The translations under genes were made by a program, and so were the position numbers. Positions 9,843-19,917 of a stretch of 64,000 nucleotides of DNA are shown here, in pieces. Source of the stretch: Halobacteriota archaeon (GTDB taxonomy: Archaea > Halobacteriota > Bog-38 > Methanoflorentales > Methanoflorentaceae); NCBI GenBank assembly GCA_050013755.1, contig JBEKER010000001.1, positions 37,595 to 101,594 on the forward strand, read 5' to 3'. The notes beneath the pieces were generated by a model. The model searched no databases. It was not told where the DNA came from and saw only the letters and a program-made list of their open reading frames with translations. How positions within the stretch are numbered: the stretch's first letter is position 1; every line of letters begins with the position of its first letter.

Positions 9843-10127
9843 ATGAATATTAAGATCATTCACGCAACAAAGGACGAAGTCGAGATAGAATTTCTCGATG
9901 AGGGGCACACGTTCCTCAACGTCTTGAAATACGCGCTGCTTCAAGATCCGCAGGTCGAAAGCGCCACGTACGACGTCAAGTATCCGATGATAAGCAATCC
10001 AATATTCCGTATCAAAACGGAATCCAAGGATCCGTTAAAAGCGCTGCAGGATGCTTCACTGAGGCTAAAAGACGAGTTTGAAGCACTTTTGGGACTCATT
10101 AGGTCAAAATCTGAAGCAATATCCTGA
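9843..10127 (+). CDS. rpoL: DNA-directed RNA polymerase subunit L (Rpb11 homologue)
   Basis: 94 aa; 'EIEFLDEGHTFLNVLKYALLQDPQVESATYDVKYP' typical of RpoL; canonical position after csl4. Confidence 0.75.
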   Translation: MNIKIIHATKDEVEIEFLDEGHTFLNVLKYALLQDPQVESATYDVKYPMISNPIFRIKTESKDPLKALQDASLRLKDEFEALLGLIRSKSEAIS

Positions 10128-10145
10128 GGGACTATCATCAGATCA

Positions 10146-10685
10146 GTGAATCACGTCACGCTCGATGATGGAACAACTATCGAACTGAAAGTAGCCCACA
10201 TTGACGATTATCAAAATGGCGGCTACGAGTACCTTTACTCGTGGCTGAGTCAAGTCGATCAGTTTTTGGCAAAGCGATACCGTGTTGCTGATCTAGTAAA
10301 GAACAAAGAGCAATGGCTAAGGCGACTCAACACGAATGAGATCACTTTGCTTGGCCTGCACGAAGGTAAGATCATCGGTTCTGCGACGCTGATAATGAAT
10401 GACCCGCAGTCGAGAGCCGCCCACGTCGCTTCGTTCGGCGTCGCAGTCCATCCCGCTTTTCAACGAAAAGGGATTGGAAAATTGCTGATTGTCGCGCTTG
10501 AGCAGATCGCTCTGGAGCAGGGCATTAAAAAGATAGAAGTGAACTGCTACGACGGAAACGCAGCAGCAGCATTGTATCGCTCCTTAAACTACGCTAGCGA
10601 GGGAAGAAGACTGAGGAAAGGGCGGCTAGACAACGGCACCTACGTCGATGAACTGCTGTTTTACAAGTTTATAAGCCCTTTTTAA
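10146..10685 (+). CDS. GNAT family N-acetyltransferase
   Basis: acetyl-CoA binding motif 'VHPAFQRKGIGKLLIVALEQIA'. Confidence 0.75.
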   Translation: MNHVTLDDGTTIELKVAHIDDYQNGGYEYLYSWLSQVDQFLAKRYRVADLVKNKEQWLRRLNTNEITLLGLHEGKIIGSATLIMNDPQSRAAHVASFGVAVHPAFQRKGIGKLLIVALEQIALEQGIKKIEVNCYDGNAAAALYRSLNYASEGRRLRKGRLDNGTYVDELLFYKFISPF

Positions 10686-10700
10686 ACTCTACTGCAACGC

Positions 10701-11321
10701 TTATTGCCCCTCTGATTGCGTAGCTTCTGCGCCCAGTACCACATACAGCGTCTCAAAAAAGAACTTGCGTTCAGCAATTGCTCTGACGATCTTAAACTGT
10801 GCGCGCATCAGCTGCGTCACTTCGTTGTAGCCCGTGATCGACGAGATCACCAAGAGCACCCTGCCCTTTTGGGTCAAGTGGTTACCAGCCTGTGAGAGGA
10901 ACCGCACGATCACTTCCCTCCCCGAGGGGCCCCCATCCCAAGCATGCGTCTGCCAGTCGCCTGGCACGTCACGCCCGCTAGGCAGGTACGGCGGATTAAA
11001 GATAATGAGGTCAAACTGGCTGTCGAGATCAACAAAAAGATCCCCCATGATCGCCTCGACGCCATTCAACTTCGCATTTTCGACCGCGCGCGGGTTTTTG
11101 TCAGTCGCAATCACGCAGCGGGCGCGTTGTGCGACCCTCTTAGCGATGACTCCGCATCCTGTGCCAACCTCCAAGACAGAGTCAGTGGGGCGCACCTCGT
11201 TTAAGGCGGCTTCAATGAGTAGATACGTGTCGTCACACGGCTCATAAACGTCCGGCAGCACGAGCACTTGCTCGCTGAGATCATGCACTTTTTTCGTTCC
11301 CTTGTTGATTCCGGGCGTCAT
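10701..11321 (-). CDS. HemK-family methyltransferase (release factor glutamine-N5 methyltransferase Mtq2-like)
   Basis: Tracked ORF extends to 11414. The likelier start is M at 11321 ('MTPGINKG'), which avoids overlap with ksgA. Motifs 'VLEVGTGCGVIA' and 'IIFNPPYLP'. Confidence 0.7.
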   Translation of the reverse strand: MTPGINKGTKKVHDLSEQVLVLPDVYEPCDDTYLLIEAALNEVRPTDSVLEVGTGCGVIAKRVAQRARCVIATDKNPRAVENAKLNGVEAIMGDLFVDLDSQFDLIIFNPPYLPSGRDVPGDWQTHAWDGGPSGREVIVRFLSQAGNHLTQKGRVLLVISSITGYNEVTQLMRAQFKIVRAIAERKFFFETLYVVLGAEATQSEGQ

Positions 11322-11346
11322 GATTGCTCTCGTCTGGTTTATTCGG

Positions 11347-12186
11347 CTATGGCTGCTGCACCCTCGTCTTTTGCGCTTCGTGCAGCTCAAACGAATCGTT
11401 CGACAGAGTTGCAATCTCTTCTGGAGATAGTTCGTAGGGCCGGCGGACTAGCCAATGCTGCGGCAATTTGGCGATCAGTTGGTCCATCGCTTGTACGTCA
11501 AGCAGCTGTGCCGCCACGAGAAGTGCAGCTCTGAGCGTTTTTCGTCTTTGCGTGAAGAGCGCGCGAACGAAGCTATGAAAGAACACATCGTTGAGTACCT
11601 CAAAGCGCGGTTTAGTGGGGACCAGTTTAACGATCACAGAATCAACTGCGGGGCGCGGATTGAATGCCGTGTTCGGGACACGCGCTAACACTTTGACTCT
11701 TGACATGTAGCTGAGGCAGACCGTCAGACGACTATAGTCCTTCGTGCCCGGCGCTGCGACCATCCGCTGCGCGAACTCTTTTTGATACATCAGCACGCCG
11801 CACGTGAATGGATGCTTTAGTAACTTAAACGTGACTTCTGACGATATCTGATACGGAAGGTTAGAGACTGTCTTGTCAAACGGGGGAAATTCAACTCTTA
11901 GGGCGTCTCCGTGCAGCACGTCGATACCTGGTATCGAACAGAGCTTCTGCGCCAGCTGCCGATCCGCCTCAACTACTACCAGTCTGTGGCACAGCTGGGC
12001 AAGTTTTCTTGTAAGGTTCCCAGTACCTCCGCCAATCTCTAAAATCGTTTCGGTTGGCGCTATATCCGCATAGCTGACGATCTTCTCGATAATCTGATCG
12101 TCTATTAAGAAGTGCTGACCCCACTTCGCTTTATGGTAGCTGCGGTCGATTCCACGGGGCATTGAACGCTTTGGGTGTCGCGTCAC
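11347..12186 (-). CDS. ksgA: 16S/18S rRNA (adenine1518/1519-N6)-dimethyltransferase KsgA/Dim1
   Basis: 'WGQHFLIDDQIIEKIV...ILEIGGGTGNLTRKLA' and 'NLPYQIS' motifs. Confidence 0.9.
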   Translation of the reverse strand: MTRHPKRSMPRGIDRSYHKAKWGQHFLIDDQIIEKIVSYADIAPTETILEIGGGTGNLTRKLAQLCHRLVVVEADRQLAQKLCSIPGIDVLHGDALRVEFPPFDKTVSNLPYQISSEVTFKLLKHPFTCGVLMYQKEFAQRMVAAPGTKDYSRLTVCLSYMSRVKVLARVPNTAFNPRPAVDSVIVKLVPTKPRFEVLNDVFFHSFVRALFTQRRKTLRAALLVAAQLLDVQAMDQLIAKLPQHWLVRRPYELSPEEIATLSNDSFELHEAQKTRVQQP

Positions 12187-12189
12187 TCG

Positions 12190-12747
12190 TTATTTCGCAA
12201 AAAACTTGTACTTAGCGTGCTCATCTTTGAGCTCATCTTCGATTCTTTTCGCCATTACTTTTTCCGGGTGATACAAGCCCTTTACCCTGTTTGAAATATC
12301 GGCGAAACTATCGAAAGGCCGTTTCTTGCGTTCCGCAAGGATCTCCCACATGAGCTTTTTGCCCACACCAGGGAGCAGCGCTAGGGTATGGAGACGGGTC
12401 GTTATCGGTTGTGCTTCATTGAAGAAGCTCACAAACCTGGGCTCTTGCTCTTTGACAATTATTTCAAGAGCGTAAGGCAACTCAACCTTTGCACCGTGCG
12501 TGAGTTCCTTATAGTTCAAACGCCTTTTAACGTGATCGATTTCGCTCCGTTCCTCCTCTCCGATATAGAGGCGGTCATACGACTGCGGAACATAGTTCTC
12601 GCGTGGTACGAGTTCGAGCAGGGTGAAATTATCCTCACCCACTACATGGATGATGGGACTCTTCTTGTAAACGGGATGAGGATCATCAGGGTGGCCGTGT
12701 GGCAGATAATCTAGCACGCGGACGTATTGCTCTCTCTCGCCTCTCAT
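12190..12747 (-). CDS. conserved archaeal DUF655-like protein (predicted HhH nucleic-acid binding)
   Basis: 185 aa; 'LHTLALLPGVGKKLMWEILAERKK' HhH-like; conserved position between rpoF and ksgA. Confidence 0.5.
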   Translation of the reverse strand: MRGEREQYVRVLDYLPHGHPDDPHPVYKKSPIIHVVGEDNFTLLELVPRENYVPQSYDRLYIGEEERSEIDHVKRRLNYKELTHGAKVELPYALEIIVKEQEPRFVSFFNEAQPITTRLHTLALLPGVGKKLMWEILAERKKRPFDSFADISNRVKGLYHPEKVMAKRIEDELKDEHAKYKFFAK

Positions 12748-12764
12748 TTAAATCGCCCCGGCCC

Positions 12765-13109
12765 TCAACTAAAGCGTGCCACTATGTCGAGTATTTCGTC
12801 GAGTTCCCCTTCTGTCAGTGAAAACCGTTCTTTTGCGTAGATGGATCGCACCTCATCCTTGGACAACGGCATTATGTCAGCGATCCTGATCGCGATTTCC
12901 TCTTTCATCTTCTCGAGGTTTTTTAGCTCGTTGACGAGCTCCCTGGCTTGCGATCCCGTGAGTTTTGAAAAAGTTTTGACGTGGTCGAAGGCCCTTCTGA
13001 ACTCGTAGGTGAACTCTTCTTCAGAACGAGGTGTTGTCAGCTCAAGGAAGATCTCTTTTACCTCAGAAAGCGTGAGGTTCTCCTCTGTCACCACGGTCTT
13101 TACGATCAT
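12765..13109 (-). CDS. rpoF: DNA-directed RNA polymerase subunit F (Rpb4 homologue)
   Basis: 114 aa, alpha-helical; sits directly after rpl21e in the conserved archaeal operon. Confidence 0.65.
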   Translation of the reverse strand: MIVKTVVTEENLTLSEVKEIFLELTTPRSEEEFTYEFRRAFDHVKTFSKLTGSQARELVNELKNLEKMKEEIAIRIADIMPLSKDEVRSIYAKERFSLTEGELDEILDIVARFS

Positions 13110-13405
13110 TGTGCCTGCTTCTGTTCTTTCAAATGCTGCGGGCGTGCTATTACCGTCTTTACAGCGTTTCCATCCGTTACTTGCACCACGTATGCGTGGC
13201 CGCGTTGCCCGAGCACTGTTCCGGTCCTGCCGTGGAACTTTGGATTCGGCATGCCCTTGTGGACGCTTGCGTCTAGATCGATATGGACTTTCTGGCCCGC
13301 TTCAAAGCTCCTGATTGCATGACTCACCGGAGCAATGCCTCGTTCCCTGATAGTTTTTTTCAGCTTGTACCGCGTCTTCCTCCGCTCACCGTGTGATCTT
13401 GGCAT
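13106..13405 (-). CDS. rpl21e: 50S ribosomal protein L21e
   Basis: '[17 protein letters not shown]...[31 protein letters not shown]'. Confidence 0.9.
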   Translation of the reverse strand: MPRSHGERRKTRYKLKKTIRERGIAPVSHAIRSFEAGQKVHIDLDASVHKGMPNPKFHGRTGTVLGQRGHAYVVQVTDGNAVKTVIARPQHLKEQKQAQ

Positions 13406-14616
13406 TAGAGACCTCCGCCAACTTCTAGTACATCAAGCTCTTCAACTTTTGCATTTACGCCGAGAAGACCGGATAGGTTAGGAGTGGTTCTGTCATCGTC
13501 TCCAGATATTAACTCCTTCACGTAGAGTCCACCCTCACACCGAATTATTATCTCATCACCTTCCAGCTCGGCCGAATACACTTTCTTGTGTCGCTTCAAG
13601 TCTGCACGGCGATGTACCACTCGTTGAGGGGTTGTTTGCTCAATATCGCCTTCAAGTCGCTTCAGCGCTTCTTTTAACTTTTCCTCACCAATCGGATGTT
13701 CGTATATAACTTTAAGCCTATAAACTTTATCCAACAGGGTGTTTTTTACTTTTACGACCGTTTCGTGGTCAACGAAGGCTAAATGACTTACCGCGATTTT
13801 TTCTTGCGAAGAATTTATCGCCTGTTCTAATTCCTGAAGGTCGACTTCTCTCCTGTGAGGAGATTTTATCTCCAGAACAAAAGGCCGACCGTTTCCAAGC
13901 ATGCGGGCGTCGACATCCTCTCTGCCAGCGCCGTGAAATATCACGTCTTGGCCACGGCTTGCGCTAAGTACGTGGGCCCCTATCAGCTCCTGAACGGATT
14001 CGGGATACATTTTCCCAGTCAAGTTGCACCTTACGCAGCCTTTTCCGCCGCACTCGCCACACGGCCATTTCGTCTGTGGCAATCCCCTGACGAACTTTAG
14101 GTATCGGCCGTACAAAAAAAGCGGATTCGCGTGAATCTCAACCTTGTCTCGGGCCAAATCGACTATGAGCAAGATGTCTGGCCTGTTGAATTCTGCCTGT
14201 TTGCCGGTGAGAAGCTCGATACGTTTGCCCAATTCTCTGTTTAACGCTGATTTGAGCGGCTCTGCTGTCGTCGTTTTAGACTCAGCCCACAGTATCTCTT
14301 CGTTCTCAGCGAGTCTGCCAGTCAGTTTAGTGCCAACCAGAAAATTTGCGAATTCGTAGTGATGGAGCTGTTCGAGACATCGTTCAACCCACGAATCCAG
14401 ATTCTTGAACAGGCCTCCGCAAACCCAGCACGTGTCATAAGCTTCTTCCAACTCTTGGGTGTTCATTGGCGCGTTGTCAAGCATTGCCTTGACGATTCGG
14501 ATCGCCCGTCCTCGCTGTTTGTTAGTGAGGTTCGTAGAACATTTTGCAAATTGACGCCCCAGACAATCGTCGCAAATAGGTCCTTCGCTCAATATTGAGG
14601 TCACTATTTCGAACAT
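13405..14616 (-). CDS. pus10: tRNA pseudouridine(54/55) synthase Pus10
   Basis: 403 aa; N-terminal Cys cluster 'CDDCLGRQF', internal '[12 protein letters not shown]' zinc site, THUMP-like domain then catalytic domain; conserved with L21e/RpoF. Confidence 0.8.
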   Translation of the reverse strand: MFEIVTSILSEGPICDDCLGRQFAKCSTNLTNKQRGRAIRIVKAMLDNAPMNTQELEEAYDTCWVCGGLFKNLDSWVERCLEQLHHYEFANFLVGTKLTGRLAENEEILWAESKTTTAEPLKSALNRELGKRIELLTGKQAEFNRPDILLIVDLARDKVEIHANPLFLYGRYLKFVRGLPQTKWPCGECGGKGCVRCNLTGKMYPESVQELIGAHVLSASRGQDVIFHGAGREDVDARMLGNGRPFVLEIKSPHRREVDLQELEQAINSSQEKIAVSHLAFVDHETVVKVKNTLLDKVYRLKVIYEHPIGEEKLKEALKRLEGDIEQTTPQRVVHRRADLKRHKKVYSAELEGDEIIIRCEGGLYVKELISGDDDRTTPNLSGLLGVNAKVEELDVLEVGGGL

Positions 14617-14971
14617 CGTCTGTCCTTCCCGTTCTTTGTTATTCAGTGATTGTCTTGAGCTTAGCCGGCCCGCTTATCGTCCTTCCCGCTTGGAGGGCCT
14701 CCTCAGCGGGCACGTTGCGTTTCTTTCGTCTGAATAGAGGCCTAAATTCAGAGCCAACCTAATGCATTGTTTTCGGTGCATCAGGTCCTCACAACCCACA
14801 ATTGATCCCGGGCATTACCGCGCGCACAAAATGTCGCGAGAAATCAAGCGTTCACCATTGCCGCAGTACGTCGATGCTGTTTGCACAGCGAGGTGCCCAA
14901 TGAAGCGAAAATCTCTTGAGTGGGGGGTTTGTGCACTACAGCTGTGTGCATCACACCGTCTTTAGATCGTC

Positions 14972-15595
14972 TCAACCCGGTACTTTTTCGGTAAATGCGA
15001 GAGTGCCCGAGATTTTCTTGACTCGTACCTTTACGGTATCTCCTTTGCGTGCGCCCGGAACGAACAGCGAGTATTTGCCAACCTTGGCAATCCCGTCTCC
15101 TCGCTTGCCGACGGCTTCGATCCGCACATCGTAGACGCTCCCCTCTTCAAGCGCACTGGCCGCGCTTTCCTTCTTCACATATCGTTTCCGTATGGGCCTG
15201 TGAGCGCCGCACGCGTCACACTTTAGCATAACCGTTCGATCAGTCTTCGTTAGATGTGTGTCTGGTCTATTGCATTCTGAACAAATTACGTACTCCGCAA
15301 CATAATCATCGATGAGGGCGGCTATCATCTCTTGCGAAAATCTGCCCTGAAGAATGACCCTCCCTCCGTCCGCTTTGCCTGCAGTTCCGAGTTCTCGCAA
15401 TACAAATTTGAGCACATGCTCAGGATTTCTATTTAGCACGTCGCTGATTTCGCTGAAATTCTCAAAAACAGTCATTCTTCCTTCGACAAACACCCGCGGT
15501 ACAGGTACCGAAAAACGTTCCGCGGCTATCGTTGTCTGAGGCAAGTTTTTGATGCCGCGATTTAAGTAGTTTTCATAACTATCCGTACTATACAC
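14972..15595 (-). CDS. eif2b: translation initiation factor aIF2 beta subunit fused to a C-terminal TRAM domain
   Basis: residues 1-140 have the eIF2beta/eIF5 core plus zinc ribbon 'CSECNRPDTHL...CDACG'; residues ~150-207 'VYDVRIEAVGKRGDGIAKVGKYSLFVPGARKGDTVKVRVKKI' are a classic TRAM beta-barrel. Confidence 0.75.
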   Translation of the reverse strand: MYSTDSYENYLNRGIKNLPQTTIAAERFSVPVPRVFVEGRMTVFENFSEISDVLNRNPEHVLKFVLRELGTAGKADGGRVILQGRFSQEMIAALIDDYVAEYVICSECNRPDTHLTKTDRTVMLKCDACGAHRPIRKRYVKKESAASALEEGSVYDVRIEAVGKRGDGIAKVGKYSLFVPGARKGDTVKVRVKKISGTLAFTEKVPG

Positions 15596-15635
15596 CTTCT
15601 TCTAACTATCACAACTTACAGCGGTCCCGGTAGCG

Positions 15636-16157
15636 TCACGCTTTGATGAGCTCAAGCCCTTCGTCTATGACAATTCTGCACGGCGGTGGCACTTTCATCG
15701 AAGCTCTACGCAGCGCTTCTTTGGCTTTTAAAAAGTTAGGAGGATTTACAAACACCGTAAACACTTTTTGGTCAGAGGCTACGCGGGCGGCGGTTCCTAC
15801 GGCCTTTCCAAATGCCCCCCTCATCCCATCCTGAACCCGATCAGCCCCAGCGCCGGTGGCCATCTTGTTCTCTCGCAGCACTTGGTGCGGATAGACGCGG
15901 AGCTTCAGCCGGAAATTCAGCCTGCCTGTTGATTTCATCAGGTAACGGTTTGCTGCGATCCTGGCGGCTTCCAGCGCAATATGTCGTATTTGACACGGTT
16001 CATCAACGCTGAGTGAAACTGCCACCTTGAAATCGCCACTTAGATTGCCGGTATCGAATTGTGAAATCTTGCTTCCAGGGATCCCCCCCATATAAGACTT
16101 CCTTGTGTAGGCCGGTCCTGTAACCCTTCTATACATCTTAGCTGGTTTGCGCGCCAT
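15636..16157 (-). CDS. rpl10e: 50S ribosomal protein L10e (uL16)
   Basis: '[31 protein letters not shown]'. Confidence 0.9.
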   Translation of the reverse strand: MARKPAKMYRRVTGPAYTRKSYMGGIPGSKISQFDTGNLSGDFKVAVSLSVDEPCQIRHIALEAARIAANRYLMKSTGRLNFRLKLRVYPHQVLRENKMATGAGADRVQDGMRGAFGKAVGTAARVASDQKVFTVFVNPPNFLKAKEALRRASMKVPPPCRIVIDEGLELIKA

Positions 16158-16288
16158 TTTATCCTCGTTATTGAACTATAATTAGCATAACACGTGATTC
16201 GTTAAAAAGTTTTGCCGGTTTGGAATCGCACGTGGCAAAAAGAAAAACTGCAGGCCGCGATCTGCGTGCTATAAAAATTCTTGCGCAA

Positions 16289-16954
16289 TCAAGTTAAACG
16301 TGCAATGACTGCTGCGTGCGCTTTATAAAACGGTTCGAGCTCATGGACGGACTCAATGTCGAATAGCTCTTTTAATTTCTTGACTTCTCGTTTATAGACT
16401 GTTTTGGGTTTCGCCGTGACATCGATGCTTCGCGCCTTAATGATAATGCAAGCGTGGCCGCGTGGTTTCAAGAACAATTCGGCGTTTTTTACAGCGATTT
16501 CAGCTTGTCTCGGCTGTGCAATGTCCTGGTATAGTAGATCAACAAGTTCGACAACAGGTCCATAGTCAGGTTGCGCAGCATCTGAAATCAAGGGGATGAT
16601 ATTCTCGACGCGCTCTGACAAACGAACCAGGTCCCGTGCCACGCGTGGCGCAAACTCTACGGCGTACACGAGTGAAACAATGTCGGCTAGGTGCGAGACA
16701 GTCGTCCCGGATGCGGCCCCCAAGTAGAGCACAATCTGCTCAGGCGCCAGAGGCACTTGCGCCTGCTTAATCAATAGTGCTGCCAACTTACTCCGTCGTG
16801 GGTTCCAAAGGCGGTACCCGTCGAAAGTCCTCTCCCCGTGCAGAGCTTCGCCTTTCGTGGCTAACTGCCTATCCAGTAAAAAAACTCCAGCGACCTTATG
16901 GGGTGTTATCTTCATGTTGTTTGGGGTTGCGCTCCGCGGTCTGCAGTTCGCCAA
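16289..16954 (-). CDS. flpA: fibrillarin-like rRNA/tRNA 2'-O-methyltransferase
   Basis: 'VLYLGAASGTTVSHLADIV' SAM site; likely true start is the M of 'MKITPHKV' at 16915; overlaps the nop5 3' end. Confidence 0.9.
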   Translation of the reverse strand: MANCRPRSATPNNMKITPHKVAGVFLLDRQLATKGEALHGERTFDGYRLWNPRRSKLAALLIKQAQVPLAPEQIVLYLGAASGTTVSHLADIVSLVYAVEFAPRVARDLVRLSERVENIIPLISDAAQPDYGPVVELVDLLYQDIAQPRQAEIAVKNAELFLKPRGHACIIIKARSIDVTAKPKTVYKREVKKLKELFDIESVHELEPFYKAHAAVIARLT

Positions 16955-17801
16955 CTCGTTTTTCCACTTGGCTTAATAGTTCAGGATACGCCCTTTTTGA
17001 ATAGAAGTCTAAACGAGCCGCAATGGCTATTTTTGCAGCTAAGATTCTTGCAATCTTTCCTCTGATGTTCGGGTGACTGCCGCGAACGAGCGGATGTTGA
17101 AAAATGACTCCGTGCTTGGGTGGTTTTGTGCCGTACTTTATGTGTTTGAATAGCGCCTTGGAAGCGCCCATTACCTGAATCCTACTGGCGGGCATTCTTG
17201 CGAGTGATCCTAAGCCGCCTGCTCGAGCGATTAATCGCGCCCCGAGCAGTTCACCAGCGAGCGTGGAGAGATTGGGGGCAGTGGTGCGCATTTCAAGCTC
17301 GATAGCGCTTGCTGTTTCCTGTCTCAATTCGCAAAGTCGGCTAATGGAACCGGCAAATTCTTGCGCCAGCGGCGACTGTGCGGAAGGTAAGGAGGCAAAA
17401 GCCTCCAGCAAGTCCTCTGGCATAGACGTCTCTGGCGTGAGCAAACACCACTCCGAAAGTCGTTCAGAGAGCAAGTTTATCGATTCATCAATGTCGTCGA
17501 TACCATCGATGAGCTGGATAATGCGCGCTTCGGGCTGAGCAAACGCTGTGACTATCCGTTCCTTCGCGCGTTGTATCATAACAGCGCGAAGGAGTGAAAC
17601 ATATTCGCGCTGGGAGCCGACAACTTGAAGTTTGATCGCCATCTCCCTGAGATGACCTCTACATTCCTTATCAAAAACGGCAAAGTCCTCTCGCTCTAAG
17701 CGCTGTGCCATCGCGTCAATATCTGAATTCAAGACCTGCGAACCGACGATCTCGTCGTTGCGCAGTTCAATGTCTCCAAACCAAGTTTTGATGTGTGCCA
17801 T
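16896..17801 (-). CDS. nop5: C/D box snoRNP protein Nop5 (Nop56/58 homologue), short form
   Basis: 301 aa; C-terminal Nop domain 'ASKALFKHIKYGTKPPKHGVIFQHPLVRGSHPNIRGKIARILAAKIAIAARLD'; about 100 aa shorter than typical archaeal Nop5. Confidence 0.8.
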   Translation of the reverse strand: MAHIKTWFGDIELRNDEIVGSQVLNSDIDAMAQRLEREDFAVFDKECRGHLREMAIKLQVVGSQREYVSLLRAVMIQRAKERIVTAFAQPEARIIQLIDGIDDIDESINLLSERLSEWCLLTPETSMPEDLLEAFASLPSAQSPLAQEFAGSISRLCELRQETASAIELEMRTTAPNLSTLAGELLGARLIARAGGLGSLARMPASRIQVMGASKALFKHIKYGTKPPKHGVIFQHPLVRGSHPNIRGKIARILAAKIAIAARLDFYSKRAYPELLSQVEKRVGELQTAERNPKQHEDNTP

Positions 17802-17891
17802 AGCTAATTTTTGCCGTCAGTTGCGCCAGTCTCGTAACGGATGCGATGGGGCCTATTCTATTTATAGTGGCGATAGACGGTTCTATATATC

Positions 17892-18830
17892 TTGGGGCAA
17901 ATTTATAGTTTGTCGGCTGGAAGTGATCAATTGAACGTCCGTATCGGCAAACTGACGCTTAGTAACCCCACGATGCTCGCTGCAGGGATTATGGGATCTG
18001 CTGCATCTTGTCTAAGGCGTGTCATGACGTGCGGTGCAGGGGGCGTAGTGACGAAGTCAGTAGGTCTCACGCCTCGCGAAGGTCATCCCGGACCCGTCCT
18101 CGTTGAGACCTCATGTGGGTTTCTCAACGCTCTTGGATTACCCAACGCGGGACTTGCGTTTGCCGAGGAACTTGAGCAGCTGATTGCTGAAGCCGAACGA
18201 AAACCACTAATCGTCAGCATATTTGGCGCTAACGCAGACGAATTCGTTGAGCTAGCCAGAACGTTTAGCCGGTTCGCCGACGCCCTCGAACTTAACCTAA
18301 GCTGCCCCCACGCTCAGGGATATGGAATCGAAGTTGGCGCAGAGGCGGCACTGGTCGAATCTATTACGCGCTCCGTGAAAAAACAGGTCGAACTCCCTGT
18401 ATGGGTCAAGCTCACCCCTAACGTGACCGACATCACGGAAATAGGTCACGCAGCGGAAAAAGGCGGAGCTGACGCTGTAGTGGCGATCAACACCGTCAAG
18501 GGAATGGCGATCGACGTGGAAAGCGGAAGGCCTGTCTTGGGTAACGCATTTGGCGGCCTTTCAGGCAGTGCGATACGGCCGGTGGCGGTGAAATGTGTTT
18601 ACGACCTCTACGAAGCCCTTAGGATCCCTATTGTTGGAGTCGGGGGGGTCAGCAGCTACGAGGACGCCTTAGAGCTCATTATGGCTGGAGCGAAGGCCAT
18701 TCAGATCGGGTCGGCGGTGGCCAGAGATCTGTCAATCTTTGAGAGTGTGGCGGACGGAATCGACCGCTACCTTGCCAGGAAAGGCATAACACTTGAAGAT
18801 GCGGTCGGAAGCGCACACGAGAATTATTAA
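17892..18830 (+). CDS. pyrD: dihydroorotate dehydrogenase catalytic subunit (PyrD, class 1-like)
   Basis: 'LSNPTMLAAGIMGSA...GAGGVVTKSVGLTPREGHPGPV'; FMN site 'LVWVKLTPNVTD', 'GVGGVSSYEDALELIMAGA'. Confidence 0.8.
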   Translation: MGQIYSLSAGSDQLNVRIGKLTLSNPTMLAAGIMGSAASCLRRVMTCGAGGVVTKSVGLTPREGHPGPVLVETSCGFLNALGLPNAGLAFAEELEQLIAEAERKPLIVSIFGANADEFVELARTFSRFADALELNLSCPHAQGYGIEVGAEAALVESITRSVKKQVELPVWVKLTPNVTDITEIGHAAEKGGADAVVAINTVKGMAIDVESGRPVLGNAFGGLSGSAIRPVAVKCVYDLYEALRIPIVGVGGVSSYEDALELIMAGAKAIQIGSAVARDLSIFESVADGIDRYLARKGITLEDAVGSAHENY

Positions 18831-18831
18831 A

Positions 18832-19773
18832 ATGGATCTGAAGCAGCTGCTTAACGCGACAAGCGTACTGCTCGTCGACGACACATACGCCGGCCTGAGA
18901 GATACTACTTTCTCGAAGTATCTTCTTCGAGAGATGCTCGATTCACCGATTGACGCGATCGTTTCGTTTATCTGCGACGGCCAAATACGCGGAATTGCCT
19001 TCAAGCAGGATTTTTGGACGTTAGTGACCGACATAGTCCGGTTTGATTCAGAGTTCGATAGATATGCCACAGCGCTGTATCAGAGGACCAAATCCGACAA
19101 TAAGCGATCATTTGTGATCGAGGCAGCCGATTTTCACGCGGCGGTATGTGCACTTTTGTGCGACCTGCTGGTGAGCGGTGAATCCTGTGAATGTTACGGC
19201 GGAAGACGAGCTCAGGTACTAGCATACTCGCCTGAGCGTCAGGAGCGCTTACAGCTATTTTTAAAGACTAAAATCGAGCTATCTTACGATTTGAATGCGG
19301 GAGAGATGCTGGAGGTATGCTGTGGGAACGGCATGGCCACCGCTGCGCTCCGCGAGCTCGGGTATAATGTGTGTGCAATAGATAACGATAAATGCGCAGT
19401 TTGTGAGGGGTTATTCTACGGCGCTCTTGCCAAAGAAAACACACTGGTGATGGATGCCCGTTACCTAGTGGAATACGAACTCGCTAAGTACCACGAGTTT
19501 AGATACGTCGCCGGCTTCATGCTGGGAGCCATTTACGAGTTCAACAAACCCGATTGGCAGAAAATACTGTCAGAGGCTGCTGAGGTCATTAGTGAGGGGC
19601 TTTTGCTGTTTACCGCGCAAAAGAAAGAAGAGGCCGACTTCATTTACAAAACGCTGCTAGACTTTGGCATCGAAGGCGAAATTATCGACAACCGAGACGA
19701 CACCAGCATTTACGACCAGTGGGCCTACCTCGGTGTCAAGCGAGCTAGCGTATCGTCAAGTCCCAAGCAGTGA
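18832..19773 (+). CDS. hypothetical protein, possible class I SAM-dependent methyltransferase fold
   Basis: The first ATG after the pyrD stop is at 18832. 'EMLEVCCGNGMATAALRELGYNVCAIDNDKCAV' resembles MTase motif I plus acidic loop; no further recognisable signature. Confidence 0.4.
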   Translation: MDLKQLLNATSVLLVDDTYAGLRDTTFSKYLLREMLDSPIDAIVSFICDGQIRGIAFKQDFWTLVTDIVRFDSEFDRYATALYQRTKSDNKRSFVIEAADFHAAVCALLCDLLVSGESCECYGGRRAQVLAYSPERQERLQLFLKTKIELSYDLNAGEMLEVCCGNGMATAALRELGYNVCAIDNDKCAVCEGLFYGALAKENTLVMDARYLVEYELAKYHEFRYVAGFMLGAIYEFNKPDWQKILSEAAEVISEGLLLFTAQKKEEADFIYKTLLDFGIEGEIIDNRDDTSIYDQWAYLGVKRASVSSSPKQ

Positions 19774-19917
19774 GCCTGGCAGCCCACTGTTGAGCGGTAT
19801 CACTTCAACAGGCTTCGGTGCTGTCTTTCTTCGGGCGGTTTGTCGCTTGATTGTAGCCGGAGTATGCACTTCGCTGTTACAGAGAACGTGGCGGCTCGCA
19901 AGGCAGCGTAACGCCAA

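Noticed and set aside
11347-11414. 68-nt overlap between the tracked ksgA and HemK ORFs, a possible frameshift or fusion
   Set aside because: An in-frame ATG at 11321 ('MTPGINKG') gives a normal-length HemK with no overlap. The upstream extension is Arg/Cys-rich with no homology features
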